IMG/VR virus record: IMGVR_UViG_3300048575_000494
Coordinates: 1-30,647 of that record
Direction: 5' to 3' (one strand)
Length of the DNA: 30,647 nucleotides
Origin: a virus
Lineage: Duplodnaviria; Caudoviricetes
Positions 6,479-14,782 of this stretch are shown in pieces. A program made the translations under genes and the position numbers. The notes beneath the pieces were generated by a model. That model ran no database searches, was not told where the DNA came from, and worked only from the letters and a program-made list of their open reading frames with translations. The stretch's first letter is position 1. Every line of letters starts with the position of its first letter.

Positions 6479-7421
6479 GGCGGCGCACAGGGAAACAGCA
6501 ATGCGGGCCGCCTGCCCGGTCACCAAAGGAACGCCGGTCCGAATGACGGAACATGGCTTCGCCTCGGCCTGTAGGATTGCGATGCGCCAGGCCCGTGAGG
6601 CGGTGAAAACAAAGAGTGGTTTTACCCTGGCCGCAGCTCGGTTGTGCCGTTGCTTGCAATGCAGGGGAGAAGAAAGGCCGCCTGAATTGCAGGTGGTGGA
6701 TCTGAAGATTTTAGACGCCGAGCGAAACTCGGCACAACCGAAAAAGGAGCCAGAAATGAGCGGGAAAAGGCAAGACGGAACATGCGAGAACTGTGGCCGC
6801 AAAAACATGACCCTGACAAGGTTGCATGGGGATCTGGTCTGCGCCAGTTGCGGCAACCTGTTTGGCGCCATGGCCAACCGGCCCGAGGCCGTGGAAAAAG
6901 CCCTGCGCAAGTTGCTGCCGCAACTCTTGCCGGCAGCGGGTTCCGGTGATGAAGAAAAGCAGGAACTGGCGCAGCAACGCGACGAACTGACTGCAGAGGT
7001 CCAGCTCCTTGGCAACCAACTCGTCGTCGCCCAGGAGCTGCTGAAAAAACAAGGCGCGGAAGCTGAGAGCAATTGGTCACTCTTACGGGAAATTGTTGAA
7101 AGTCTTGATCTCAGCTTTGATGCAGCAGACGGCGCCGTCCAGGTGTTGGTGATGGTGCGCCAAGCAGTTTCCGCCCTGCAGACTGACAGCGCCAGCCACC
7201 GGCAGCAGGCAAAACAGTTGACCGATGAAAACACGGTCCTGGCCAACCGGATTTCTGAATTGGAAAATCGCTTTGAAGGTGTGGAGCCGTGGAAGGAAGC
7301 GCAGTTTGCCGAAGGTTTGCTGGTCACTGGTTATGAGCAGGACCTGGTCCGCGACCAATTGGCGGATTTCGCCCTCAAGGTGCTCCAAGGCCGGGTGGGT
7401 GTCGTCCACCGGGAAGCATGA
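6471..7421 (+). CDS. Hypothetical protein with Zn-ribbon and coiled-coil regions
   Basis: CENC...CASC followed by a heptad-rich region. Overlaps both neighbours. A possible internal start lies at 6756. Confidence 0.7.
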   Translation: MSKAAHRETAMRAACPVTKGTPVRMTEHGFASACRIAMRQAREAVKTKSGFTLAAARLCRCLQCRGEERPPELQVVDLKILDAERNSAQPKKEPEMSGKRQDGTCENCGRKNMTLTRLHGDLVCASCGNLFGAMANRPEAVEKALRKLLPQLLPAAGSGDEEKQELAQQRDELTAEVQLLGNQLVVAQELLKKQGAEAESNWSLLREIVESLDLSFDAADGAVQVLVMVRQAVSALQTDSASHRQQAKQLTDENTVLANRISELENRFEGVEPWKEAQFAEGLLVTGYEQDLVRDQLADFALKVLQGRVGVVHREA

Positions 7422-7591
7422 AGGATAAGCAACTATCGCCAAGGAATATGAATGTGATCCGACTCCTCTGCGCCGATTGCGGCGAATCGTTCCCGCAGGC
7501 TTCGGAGCAATCGAGCCTCTGCCCTAGGTGCGATGAAAAAATACTCACCTCCAGCGACAAGTGGCGGGAGAAATCGGGAGAGAAGGAATGA
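7418..7591 (+). CDS. 57-aa Zn-ribbon protein (below the ORF-track cutoff)
   Basis: MKDKQLSPRNMNVIRLLCADCGESFPQASEQSSLCPRCDEK..., with ATGA overlaps at both ends. Confidence 0.7.
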   Translation: MKDKQLSPRNMNVIRLLCADCGESFPQASEQSSLCPRCDEKILTSSDKWREKSGEKE

Positions 7592-7791
7592 TCAAGCCAG
7601 TCTTTACGTTGCCCCGGCGCGGCCTTGTCGGTGGCCAACCAGTTGGCGCCGATTACATGGCATCCATTCGTGACCGGGCAAAAAGAATGAACCGGGCCTG
7701 CCGGGAATGTAAGGACCAGCCCTCAATTGGTGATGATAAGCAGATAGCGCTGCCATTTCCGGCAAAGGCAACAACCCTCATCAAAGAATGA
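7588..7791 (+). CDS. Hypothetical protein
   Basis: Purine-rich RBS, ATGA overlap with the upstream ORF, CxxC motif. Confidence 0.55.
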   Translation: MIKPVFTLPRRGLVGGQPVGADYMASIRDRAKRMNRACRECKDQPSIGDDKQIALPFPAKATTLIKE

Positions 7792-7815
7792 CGTACCATT
7801 TCAGAGAAAAATCGA

Positions 7816-9174
7816 ATGAAAGTCGAGCAGTTAAGTTCATCAGAAATCAATGGGTATAAGGCGAATGCACGAACGCACAGTGCAGATCAGGTGGCCCAGA
7901 TCGCCGCATCTATCCGCGAGTTCGGGTTTAATCAGCCGATTTTGATCGACGAAACATCAACAATCATCGCTGGCCATGGCCGGCTTGCTGCTGCAGGTAT
8001 CCTTGGGCTGCAAACCGTTCCATGCATTCGGCTGTCTCATCTGGATGAAAAACAACGCCGGGCATATATCATCGCCGACAACAAGATTGCAAGCAATGCA
8101 GGTTGGAACATGCACCTGCTCCAAGCGGAGTTGGCGGAACTTTCGGGGTTGATCGACGTGACCTTGCTGGGATTCTCAGAACAAGAACTGCTTGAGTTGT
8201 TGCCGCTGGATCCTACAGAAGGATTGACGGATCCGGACGATGTCCCTCCTGTTCCGGAAACCCCTCAAACATCCCCCGGCGACATATGGATTCTGGGGAG
8301 ACATCGACTTATGTGCGGAGATTCGACCAACACGCTGGACTGGCTTCGGTTGTGCGGCGGCAGCAGTGGTCTGCAGTGGTTTTGGACGGATCCGCCGTAC
8401 AACGTCAACTATGGAGACAAGGCTAGCGCCCTCAATAAAATTCAGAAAGGGCACAGGAACTGCGACAAAATCCTTAACGACCACATGGCGACCGATGAAT
8501 TTTATCGTTTTCTGTTCTCAATGTTTACCGCCGTCCATGAAATGCTTGAACCTGGCGGCGTCATCTATGTCGCCCACGCGGAAACCGAGCGGGCCAACTT
8601 CACTCTGGCCTTTGAGAAGGCCGGCTTCAAGTTGTCTTCAAACATAATTTGGCGCAAAAACCAGCTTGTTCTTGGTCGTTCCGACTACCAGTACATGCAT
8701 GAACCAATTTTATATGGATGGAAAACCGGGGCCGGTCACTATTGGTGCGGTGGTCGCAAGAAAACAACCATAGTCGACCTGGCCGATGGTGTTGGTATAT
8801 CGCAAACGGATTCAGGGAACTACCTGTTGGCAATTGGCGATAACGTGATCGAAATCGATAAAGCCGCCGTGGTCGAGGTTACTCCGTCAACGGTGCTATC
8901 GGTTGACAAGCCAAAGCGCAACGATGTGCATCCGACCATGAAGCCTGTCGAGTTGGTCGAACGATGCCTCAAGTGCTCTGCAAAAAATGGGGCCATTGGC
9001 GGCGACGCCTTTGGCGGATCGGGAACGACGCTCATTGCTGCGGAGCGGTTGGGACTCTCTTCGCGCATCATGGAACTAGCTCCGAAATATTGCGACGTCA
9101 TTGTACGCCGATGGGCGGAATATACGGGTTTACAGGCCGTCAATGAGACCACTGGGGGGTCGTTTAAGGTTTGA
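7816..9174 (+). CDS. ParB-like N-terminal domain fused to a beta-class N6/N4 DNA methyltransferase (orphan)
   Basis: NARTHS...SIREFGF...IIAGHGRL...IADNK, TDPPY (motif IV), HPTMKP, and DAFGGSGTTL (motif I). Confidence 0.92.
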   Translation: MKVEQLSSSEINGYKANARTHSADQVAQIAASIREFGFNQPILIDETSTIIAGHGRLAAAGILGLQTVPCIRLSHLDEKQRRAYIIADNKIASNAGWNMHLLQAELAELSGLIDVTLLGFSEQELLELLPLDPTEGLTDPDDVPPVPETPQTSPGDIWILGRHRLMCGDSTNTLDWLRLCGGSSGLQWFWTDPPYNVNYGDKASALNKIQKGHRNCDKILNDHMATDEFYRFLFSMFTAVHEMLEPGGVIYVAHAETERANFTLAFEKAGFKLSSNIIWRKNQLVLGRSDYQYMHEPILYGWKTGAGHYWCGGRKKTTIVDLADGVGISQTDSGNYLLAIGDNVIEIDKAAVVEVTPSTVLSVDKPKRNDVHPTMKPVELVERCLKCSAKNGAIGGDAFGGSGTTLIAAERLGLSSRIMELAPKYCDVIVRRWAEYTGLQAVNETTGGSFKV

Positions 9175-9932
9175 GCGTGGACTTTGCACAGGCACTTGAA
9201 AAGGCGAACAAGGATGGGAAGGTACGGCTGATAACTTTTCACAATGCGGTTGTTACCTGTACCAAGGAATATCAGGCAAATCCGACGACTGCAAAATTGA
9301 GTGATCTCAGAGCGGCCGAGGACGCGCTCAAACAGGAAATAGGGCAACAAATGGGCGATGGAGGACGAGATGGAATTGGAACCAAGTTCAAAAACCGATC
9401 AATCGCCTGGCGCTGGGTAGAGGAGCAGATCAGAGGCAAAGGCGTTGCCCTGTCGCAGCGCAAATTCTACGACGACGGCGTTGCTGGCAGATACCTGGTC
9501 TATCCCGACAAGAGCGTGTCACGGGCATCAGTGGCCGAGTATTTGCTGAAGGCCATGGGAGATGCGCCCGTGGTCGATCTGAACCTGGTCGACAGGAACC
9601 AGGAAAAAGGCCGCCTTGAGTTGCGCAAGCTGGAACTTGAGGTTGACCGACTTGCCATCAGGGCTCGGTCGGAAGATCGAGAATGGATGCGAACCGACGA
9701 TCACTGGGCGCAGCTCATGGCTGGGTACAACCTGCTACGAGGCAACCTGGAGCACTTTGCCCGGATCAGCGCCACCGAAATCGTGCTCGAGGCCGGTGGA
9801 GATTACCACCAGGGCCCGCTGGTGGCGGACAAGGTGGTTGAAATGGTGATCAACAGGGCCTTTAATAAGTTGGCTGTGATGCGGATAGAGTCCGGAGAAT
9901 TTGGAGCAGAAGAGGAGAGTGGCGATGAGTGA
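9171..9932 (+). CDS. Probable small terminase subunit (Nu1-like)
   Basis: Central HTH-like segment, then the coiled coil EKGRLELRKLELEVDRL...REWM. Located between the methylase and terL. Confidence 0.55.
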   Translation: MSVDFAQALEKANKDGKVRLITFHNAVVTCTKEYQANPTTAKLSDLRAAEDALKQEIGQQMGDGGRDGIGTKFKNRSIAWRWVEEQIRGKGVALSQRKFYDDGVAGRYLVYPDKSVSRASVAEYLLKAMGDAPVVDLNLVDRNQEKGRLELRKLELEVDRLAIRARSEDREWMRTDDHWAQLMAGYNLLRGNLEHFARISATEIVLEAGGDYHQGPLVADKVVEMVINRAFNKLAVMRIESGEFGAEEESGDE

Positions 9933-10146
9933 GAATGATGCAATTTTAGTGGGAGTGGACGAAATTTCCAGATTTTTGCGAGTGAGTCCAACCAACCTGC
10001 GTCGGCTGCGGAAAAAATATACAGATATTCCCATCCACCAGGAGAGTCCCACGGCACAACTATGGGCCGACAAGGAGACTCTGTCTTCTTGGCAGCGGCA
10101 GTTGTGCGCCGGAAAGATGCAGATGGCTATCCCCCATCAGAACTAG
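9925..10146 (+). CDS. Small Xis/HTH_17-like winged-helix protein; candidate late-gene activator
   Basis: 73 aa. LVGVDEISRFLRVSPTNLRRL...IPI...LWADKETLSSW. GAGGAG RBS. Confidence 0.7.
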   Translation: MSENDAILVGVDEISRFLRVSPTNLRRLRKKYTDIPIHQESPTAQLWADKETLSSWQRQLCAGKMQMAIPHQN

Positions 10147-10150
10147 TCAA

Positions 10151-10220
10151 GCGCCAAAAACAACCAACACCAACCAACCTCTGCCAAGATCAACCAACGT
10201 CAACCAACGTCAACCAAGAC
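10151..10220 (+). repeat. Seven tandem degenerate decamers (consensus CAACCAAcnt)
   Basis: gcgCCAAaaa caaCCAAcac caaCCAAcct ctgCCAAgat caaCCAAcgt caaCCAAcgt caaCCAAgac. Confidence 0.9.
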
Positions 10221-10255
10221 CGAAACCACATAAAAACACCGTGTAAGATTGGCTC
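10221..10255 (+). promoter_or_regulatory. Putative activator-dependent late promoter
   Basis: TAAGAT (-10-like) at 10244-10249 with no recognisable -35. The repeat array is immediately upstream and terL is downstream. Confidence 0.5.
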
Positions 10256-10338
10256 GGAAATCAATTCCAGTCATTCCCCCCTGCTGCCGGCAGCGGCCTG
10301 CTCAACGCCTGTCGACGAGGACCTTAACACGGTGATCG

Positions 10339-12300
10339 ATGTCCGAGACTGCCCGACAACTGGCGATAGCCACCCCGGTGTTCAGGCTGTACCCCTGTGC
10401 CCCTGCCGTTGTCCGTCGTCGGCTTTCCGGCCGTAGCGTCACCTCTGATCGTTGCCCGGTCATCACCTTTCCTCGTCACCTGCGCAAGTTTATCGCCACC
10501 CCCGAGCGGATTACCGCCCTTGATTTTGCCGAGCGCTATCGCATTGTGACCGATGGCGCGCATCCAGGCCCGTGGCGGCGCGAGCATGCTCCCCATACCG
10601 CCAAAATTCTCGTCATTTTTGGCAATCCTTGGACGCGCGAGATTTGGTACTGCGGCGTTGACCAGTCCGGGAAAACCATCACCCTCACCAACTGCCTAGC
10701 CTGGTCAATCGAGCAATTGTCCGGCGACATCTTCTACCTCATGCCGTCCGAGGAAACCGCCAAAAACATCGTTGACCAGAAACTGCGGCCCATGCTCGAG
10801 CAGTCGCCGCATCTGCGCGGCTACCTCAGTCCACGCAAGGACGACACCGCAATCACCCGCATCCGCCTGGCAAACGGCAAAACCGTCCGTCCTTCGTGGG
10901 CCTCGAGCGCTTTGGCAACCGCCACCTGGTCCGCCCAGGCCTATTTTTGCGATGAAGTGGACAAGTTCGCCTTTGCCACCTCCACCAGCAATGGCTCTGG
11001 CGATGAGGGCGGTCAGGGGGGCAAGGAAAAGGACCCCATTACCGCTATCCGTCTGCGTGCCCGTACATTTCGCGGCCGTGAAAAAGGATTTTTCTGCTCC
11101 ACCCCTGCTGGCCGCTTCATCCGCAAGGGGACCGAGGCATGCCATCAGGTGTGGGAATGGCGGTTGCTTTGCCCGCATTGCAACGAACTGATCCGGCCCG
11201 AGGGCGAGCACTTGGTCCTGGATGACAAGGCGACTGTTGACCAGGTCGAGAGTGACGGCGTCTCCCTGGCTTGCCACCTCTGCGGCGGCGAGATCGATGA
11301 ACTTCAGCGAATCCAGGCTATCCGGGGCGGTTCATGGGTGGCGATTAAGGGCGGGGATCTTACCCGGCCTGAACGCGTCGGTTTCATCCACCGCGCCTGG
11401 GACTGCCTTGACGTCACGCTCAGAGAGATCGGAGTGGCTTGGCTGAAGAACCTTGCTGGCAAACTCACCGATAAAATTGCCTGGGCCAATGGCGTTGAAG
11501 CCAATGACTACCAATCCGAAATCAAGGACCGCGATGAAGACTCCATCCTTCGGCTGAAAGACGAAAGCCTGCCCCGGCGAGCGGTGCCTGCGGATACCTC
11601 CTGCCTGTTGCTCCTGGTCGACACCCAGAAATATGATTTCCGCTATCAGGTCTGGGCTTGCGGTTGGGGCGAGGACATGACCATCAGCATCATAGACCGA
11701 GGGAAAGTTCGCGGATTCGACAATCTGGTGGACTTGGCAGAAAAGGACTGGATGGACGCCGCCGGCAATGCGTATCGGGTGACAGCCGGCTGGATCGATT
11801 CCGGCGGCGGCACGGATCCGTATCATCCAAAGCACAGCCGGACCCGTGAGGTCTATCTGTTCTGTAAAAAACACCCGATTTTCTCTCCGCTCAAAGGCCG
11901 CAGAATTCAAAGCCTACCGTGGAACATCACCCGTTTGGAGTATCTGCCGTCGCGCTCCGGCAAAAAAGTGCCCATCCCCGGCGGCCTCAACCTCTACACC
12001 CTCAACGTCACCCTCTACAAAAACGACCTGGCCACCACCCTGGCTGGAGAGCCGGGCGATCCGGGCGGCTTCCGGATCCACGCGGATATGGGCAAAGATT
12101 ACGCGGCCCAGATGTGCGTGGAGTACCAGGACGACCGGGGCTACTGGATTTGCCCGGACGGCAAAGAGAACCACGACTGGGACATCTCGGTCTACGGCAT
12201 GGCCGCCATCGATATCATGGGCGTCCGCGACTGGAAACCAGAATCAATCGAGCCGGAAGTCATGCCAGAGCAGCCGGCCCCCAAAAGGAGGCGCTGGTAG
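10339..12300 (+). CDS. Terminase large subunit, lambda GpA family
   Basis: HPGPWR, Walker A DQSGKT, Walker B YFCDEVDK, CSTP, CPHC/CHLC Zn site, nuclease motifs VDTQ, WIDSGG and NHDWD. Confidence 0.93.
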   Translation: MSETARQLAIATPVFRLYPCAPAVVRRRLSGRSVTSDRCPVITFPRHLRKFIATPERITALDFAERYRIVTDGAHPGPWRREHAPHTAKILVIFGNPWTREIWYCGVDQSGKTITLTNCLAWSIEQLSGDIFYLMPSEETAKNIVDQKLRPMLEQSPHLRGYLSPRKDDTAITRIRLANGKTVRPSWASSALATATWSAQAYFCDEVDKFAFATSTSNGSGDEGGQGGKEKDPITAIRLRARTFRGREKGFFCSTPAGRFIRKGTEACHQVWEWRLLCPHCNELIRPEGEHLVLDDKATVDQVESDGVSLACHLCGGEIDELQRIQAIRGGSWVAIKGGDLTRPERVGFIHRAWDCLDVTLREIGVAWLKNLAGKLTDKIAWANGVEANDYQSEIKDRDEDSILRLKDESLPRRAVPADTSCLLLLVDTQKYDFRYQVWACGWGEDMTISIIDRGKVRGFDNLVDLAEKDWMDAAGNAYRVTAGWIDSGGGTDPYHPKHSRTREVYLFCKKHPIFSPLKGRRIQSLPWNITRLEYLPSRSGKKVPIPGGLNLYTLNVTLYKNDLATTLAGEPGDPGGFRIHADMGKDYAAQMCVEYQDDRGYWICPDGKENHDWDISVYGMAAIDIMGVRDWKPESIEPEVMPEQPAPKRRRW

Positions 12301-12543
12301 ATGTATTTCGACACGGTTGAGGAATACACCACGGAAATCTCCCTGGTGCGGCAGTCGATCCGCAGGACGTTAGAGAGCCAGAAGTATGGCCGGAGCGGAT
12401 CCGGGACAGCTTCAGAGAGCCAGCGGGTAAACCTTCCGGAATTGCAAAAGTACCTCAAGGAACTGATCGGCGAGCGTGACCAGCTGCAGGGCGCCGCCGA
12501 CGTGCCGACCAGAATCTACGCCAAGGCGGGGCGACGGTTTTGA
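12301..12543 (+). CDS. gpW-like head-tail joining protein
   Basis: 80 aa between terL and portal, with a helix-SQKY-hairpin-helix pattern. Confidence 0.7.
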   Translation: MYFDTVEEYTTEISLVRQSIRRTLESQKYGRSGSGTASESQRVNLPELQKYLKELIGERDQLQGAADVPTRIYAKAGRRF

Positions 12544-14117
12544 GGTTGAACGGACAAAGGGTGCTGTCCACGGTCGAACGGGTGATCGACCGCACCGTGG
12601 GCATGCTGTTCCCCGGCCTGGAAAGCCGGATGATGGCGGCCCGCATGCGCAACCTTAGCCTGCGCCAGTTCGCGGCAGCCAAAGAATCCCGCCTGTTGGG
12701 CGACTGGGCGCCGGTGGGAACGGACATCAACACCCTGATCCGCACCAGCAATCCCACGATCCGCAACCGGACCCGGCAACTGGTCGGGGATTTTGCCTAT
12801 TTTGCGCGGGCCGCCAAAAATCTGGTGGATTTCACCGTGGGCGAAGGCGTTGCCTTTCAAAGTCGGATCACCCGGACCACGGGCAAGGCCGGCAAGCCGG
12901 AGCTGGATTCCGCGTCCATCACCCGGATCGAGGATGCGCGCAAATGGTGGATGGACGAATGCGACGCCGCAGGCCGGCTCCATTATCACGAGATGGAACG
13001 GATGTGGCGGCGACAGGATGTGGTGGACGGCGAGAGCCTGCTGGTTTTCGTCTGGGACAAACGGCCCGGCCGGTTCCTGCCGTTGGCCCTGCAGGCCTAC
13101 GAGGCCGACTGGTTGAGCAGCGAGTATTCCGTCGCCCTGGGCGACAACCTGGTGGACCAGGGACTCGAATTCGACCGGAGAACGGGCCGGGTGATTGCGG
13201 CCCACTTTCGGGTGCCGGATGGCTTTTCTCCCCTGACCGGCAACGTTCGCAGTCAGCGGGTGCCGGCCGAACATTTTGTGCATGGGTTCGAGTCGCTGCG
13301 GCCGGGCCAGTTGCGCGGAATCAGCCCGTTCACCCCGGCGATCCTGCTCGCTGACGATCTGCAGGAATTCATCGGCGCGAATATCGACCGGGCCAAGATG
13401 GCCAGCAAATGGCTGGCCTTTATAGAGACGGCGGATATCGCCAGCTGGCAGAGAGGCCGCACCTCTAAGGATCCGGAGACTGGTCACCGGATGACCGTCC
13501 TTGATAACGCGATCATCGATTTCATGAAGCCGGGCGACAAAGTCAACGTCAACACCGCCGATGTGCCAGGCGAGAGCTTCTCCCCCTTTGCCAAATTCAT
13601 TCTTCAGATGCTGGCGGTCAGCGTAGGCGTGCCCTATGAGCTGGTTTCCGGCGATTACGGCGGCCTGAACTACAACACCACACGCACGGTGCGCAATGAT
13701 TTTGCCAAGGCGACCCGGCCGATCATCCGCCGCCATTGTCGCCAGTTCGGCGTCCAAGTGAACCGGGTCTTTTTCGATGCCCTTTACCTGACCGGCAAGG
13801 TGGACATGCCCGGCTACCAACAAAATCCGCGCCATTGGTCGGAAGGATTGTGGCAGCCGCCGGGAACTGAGCCGCTGGATCTGCTGCGGGAAAGCCGGGG
13901 CCAGATCGACCTGGTGAAAAACCGCCTCTTCAGCCCGCAGGAAATCATCACCGGTCGGGGCCGGGATCCGGAAGAGGTGCTCAACGAAATTCAGGAATTC
14001 AAGCGGATGCTGGAGCAACGGGGACTGACCATTGAAGAGGTCTCCACCGCACTCCAGACCAATCCGGCGGCGGTGGCCGGCGACTCTAAACCCGACAGCA
14101 AGCAACAGGACGAATGA
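12540..14117 (+). CDS. Portal protein, lambda family
   Basis: IRNRTRQL, VDGESL, LQAYEADWL, LRPGQLRGIS, GVPYELVSGDY, GRDPEEV. TTG start. Confidence 0.95.
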   Translation: MRLNGQRVLSTVERVIDRTVGMLFPGLESRMMAARMRNLSLRQFAAAKESRLLGDWAPVGTDINTLIRTSNPTIRNRTRQLVGDFAYFARAAKNLVDFTVGEGVAFQSRITRTTGKAGKPELDSASITRIEDARKWWMDECDAAGRLHYHEMERMWRRQDVVDGESLLVFVWDKRPGRFLPLALQAYEADWLSSEYSVALGDNLVDQGLEFDRRTGRVIAAHFRVPDGFSPLTGNVRSQRVPAEHFVHGFESLRPGQLRGISPFTPAILLADDLQEFIGANIDRAKMASKWLAFIETADIASWQRGRTSKDPETGHRMTVLDNAIIDFMKPGDKVNVNTADVPGESFSPFAKFILQMLAVSVGVPYELVSGDYGGLNYNTTRTVRNDFAKATRPIIRRHCRQFGVQVNRVFFDALYLTGKVDMPGYQQNPRHWSEGLWQPPGTEPLDLLRESRGQIDLVKNRLFSPQEIITGRGRDPEEVLNEIQEFKRMLEQRGLTIEEVSTALQTNPAAVAGDSKPDSKQQDE

Positions 14118-14755
14118 TGCAGGCGCAACGACCAGTCCCGATAAATGGCATTTTTGAACGATCTGGATACCTGGGGAGCATGCCGGTGGCCTATGGGCTC
14201 ACCGTGCGCTCCATCACCTGTCGCGCCGCCGTGGATCCGGATGCCATCCGCTGGACTCTGGCCACCGAGCAACCCGCCATGGTCTACGACTGGGAACTCG
14301 AACGGGTTGTCCAGGAAGTGCTGCTCATGGATGGCGTGGTGTTCCCGGAAAACCGGCAGGTGCCGCTGCTGGATTGCCACAACCGGTGGAGCGTTGACGA
14401 TCAGTTGGGTTCGGTCACCGATTTCAAGCAAACTCTGGTCGGGAAGTATCAGGCCATTGATGGGTTGATCAGGTTTGCCGCCGATGACAAGGCGGTGCGC
14501 ACCCGGCAAAAAGTTATCGACCAGCACCTGACCGACGGCTCGGCCGGATACCGGGTGCTCAATGCGATTTGGGTGCCGGATGAAGTTGAGGTTGTCATTC
14601 GCGGCCGCACCTTTGTCGGCCCGTTGAAGGTGTCCACGGACTGGATGCTGAAGGAATTCACTTTAACGCCAATAGGCGCGGACAGCCTGGCAAAGGCAAC
14701 CAGGGGATCTGGTTCGGCTGGCCGTTTGGCGCAACAGCGGCTGTTTGCCGCATAG
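14114..14755 (+). CDS. Prohead protease (HK97/U35-like fold)
   Basis: VPLLDCHNR...LGSV, DGSAGY, EFTLTPIGAD. Located after the portal. Confidence 0.8.
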   Translation: MMQAQRPVPINGIFERSGYLGSMPVAYGLTVRSITCRAAVDPDAIRWTLATEQPAMVYDWELERVVQEVLLMDGVVFPENRQVPLLDCHNRWSVDDQLGSVTDFKQTLVGKYQAIDGLIRFAADDKAVRTRQKVIDQHLTDGSAGYRVLNAIWVPDEVEVVIRGRTFVGPLKVSTDWMLKEFTLTPIGADSLAKATRGSGSAGRLAQQRLFAA

Positions 14756-14782
14756 CAGGGCGAGAGCCCATAACCGGGAGGT

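Noticed and set aside
10151-10220. Repeat array as a CRISPR or coding VNTR (ORF 10062-10436)
   Set aside because: The units are 10 bp with no spacers and no cas genes. The overlapping ORF is low-complexity and overlaps real genes at both ends.
12516-14105. 529-aa minus-strand ORF and other long antisense ORFs (1006-1803, 6248-7327, 20956-21813, 27236-28081)
   Set aside because: They are shadows of well-supported GC-rich plus-strand genes and have no motifs of their own.
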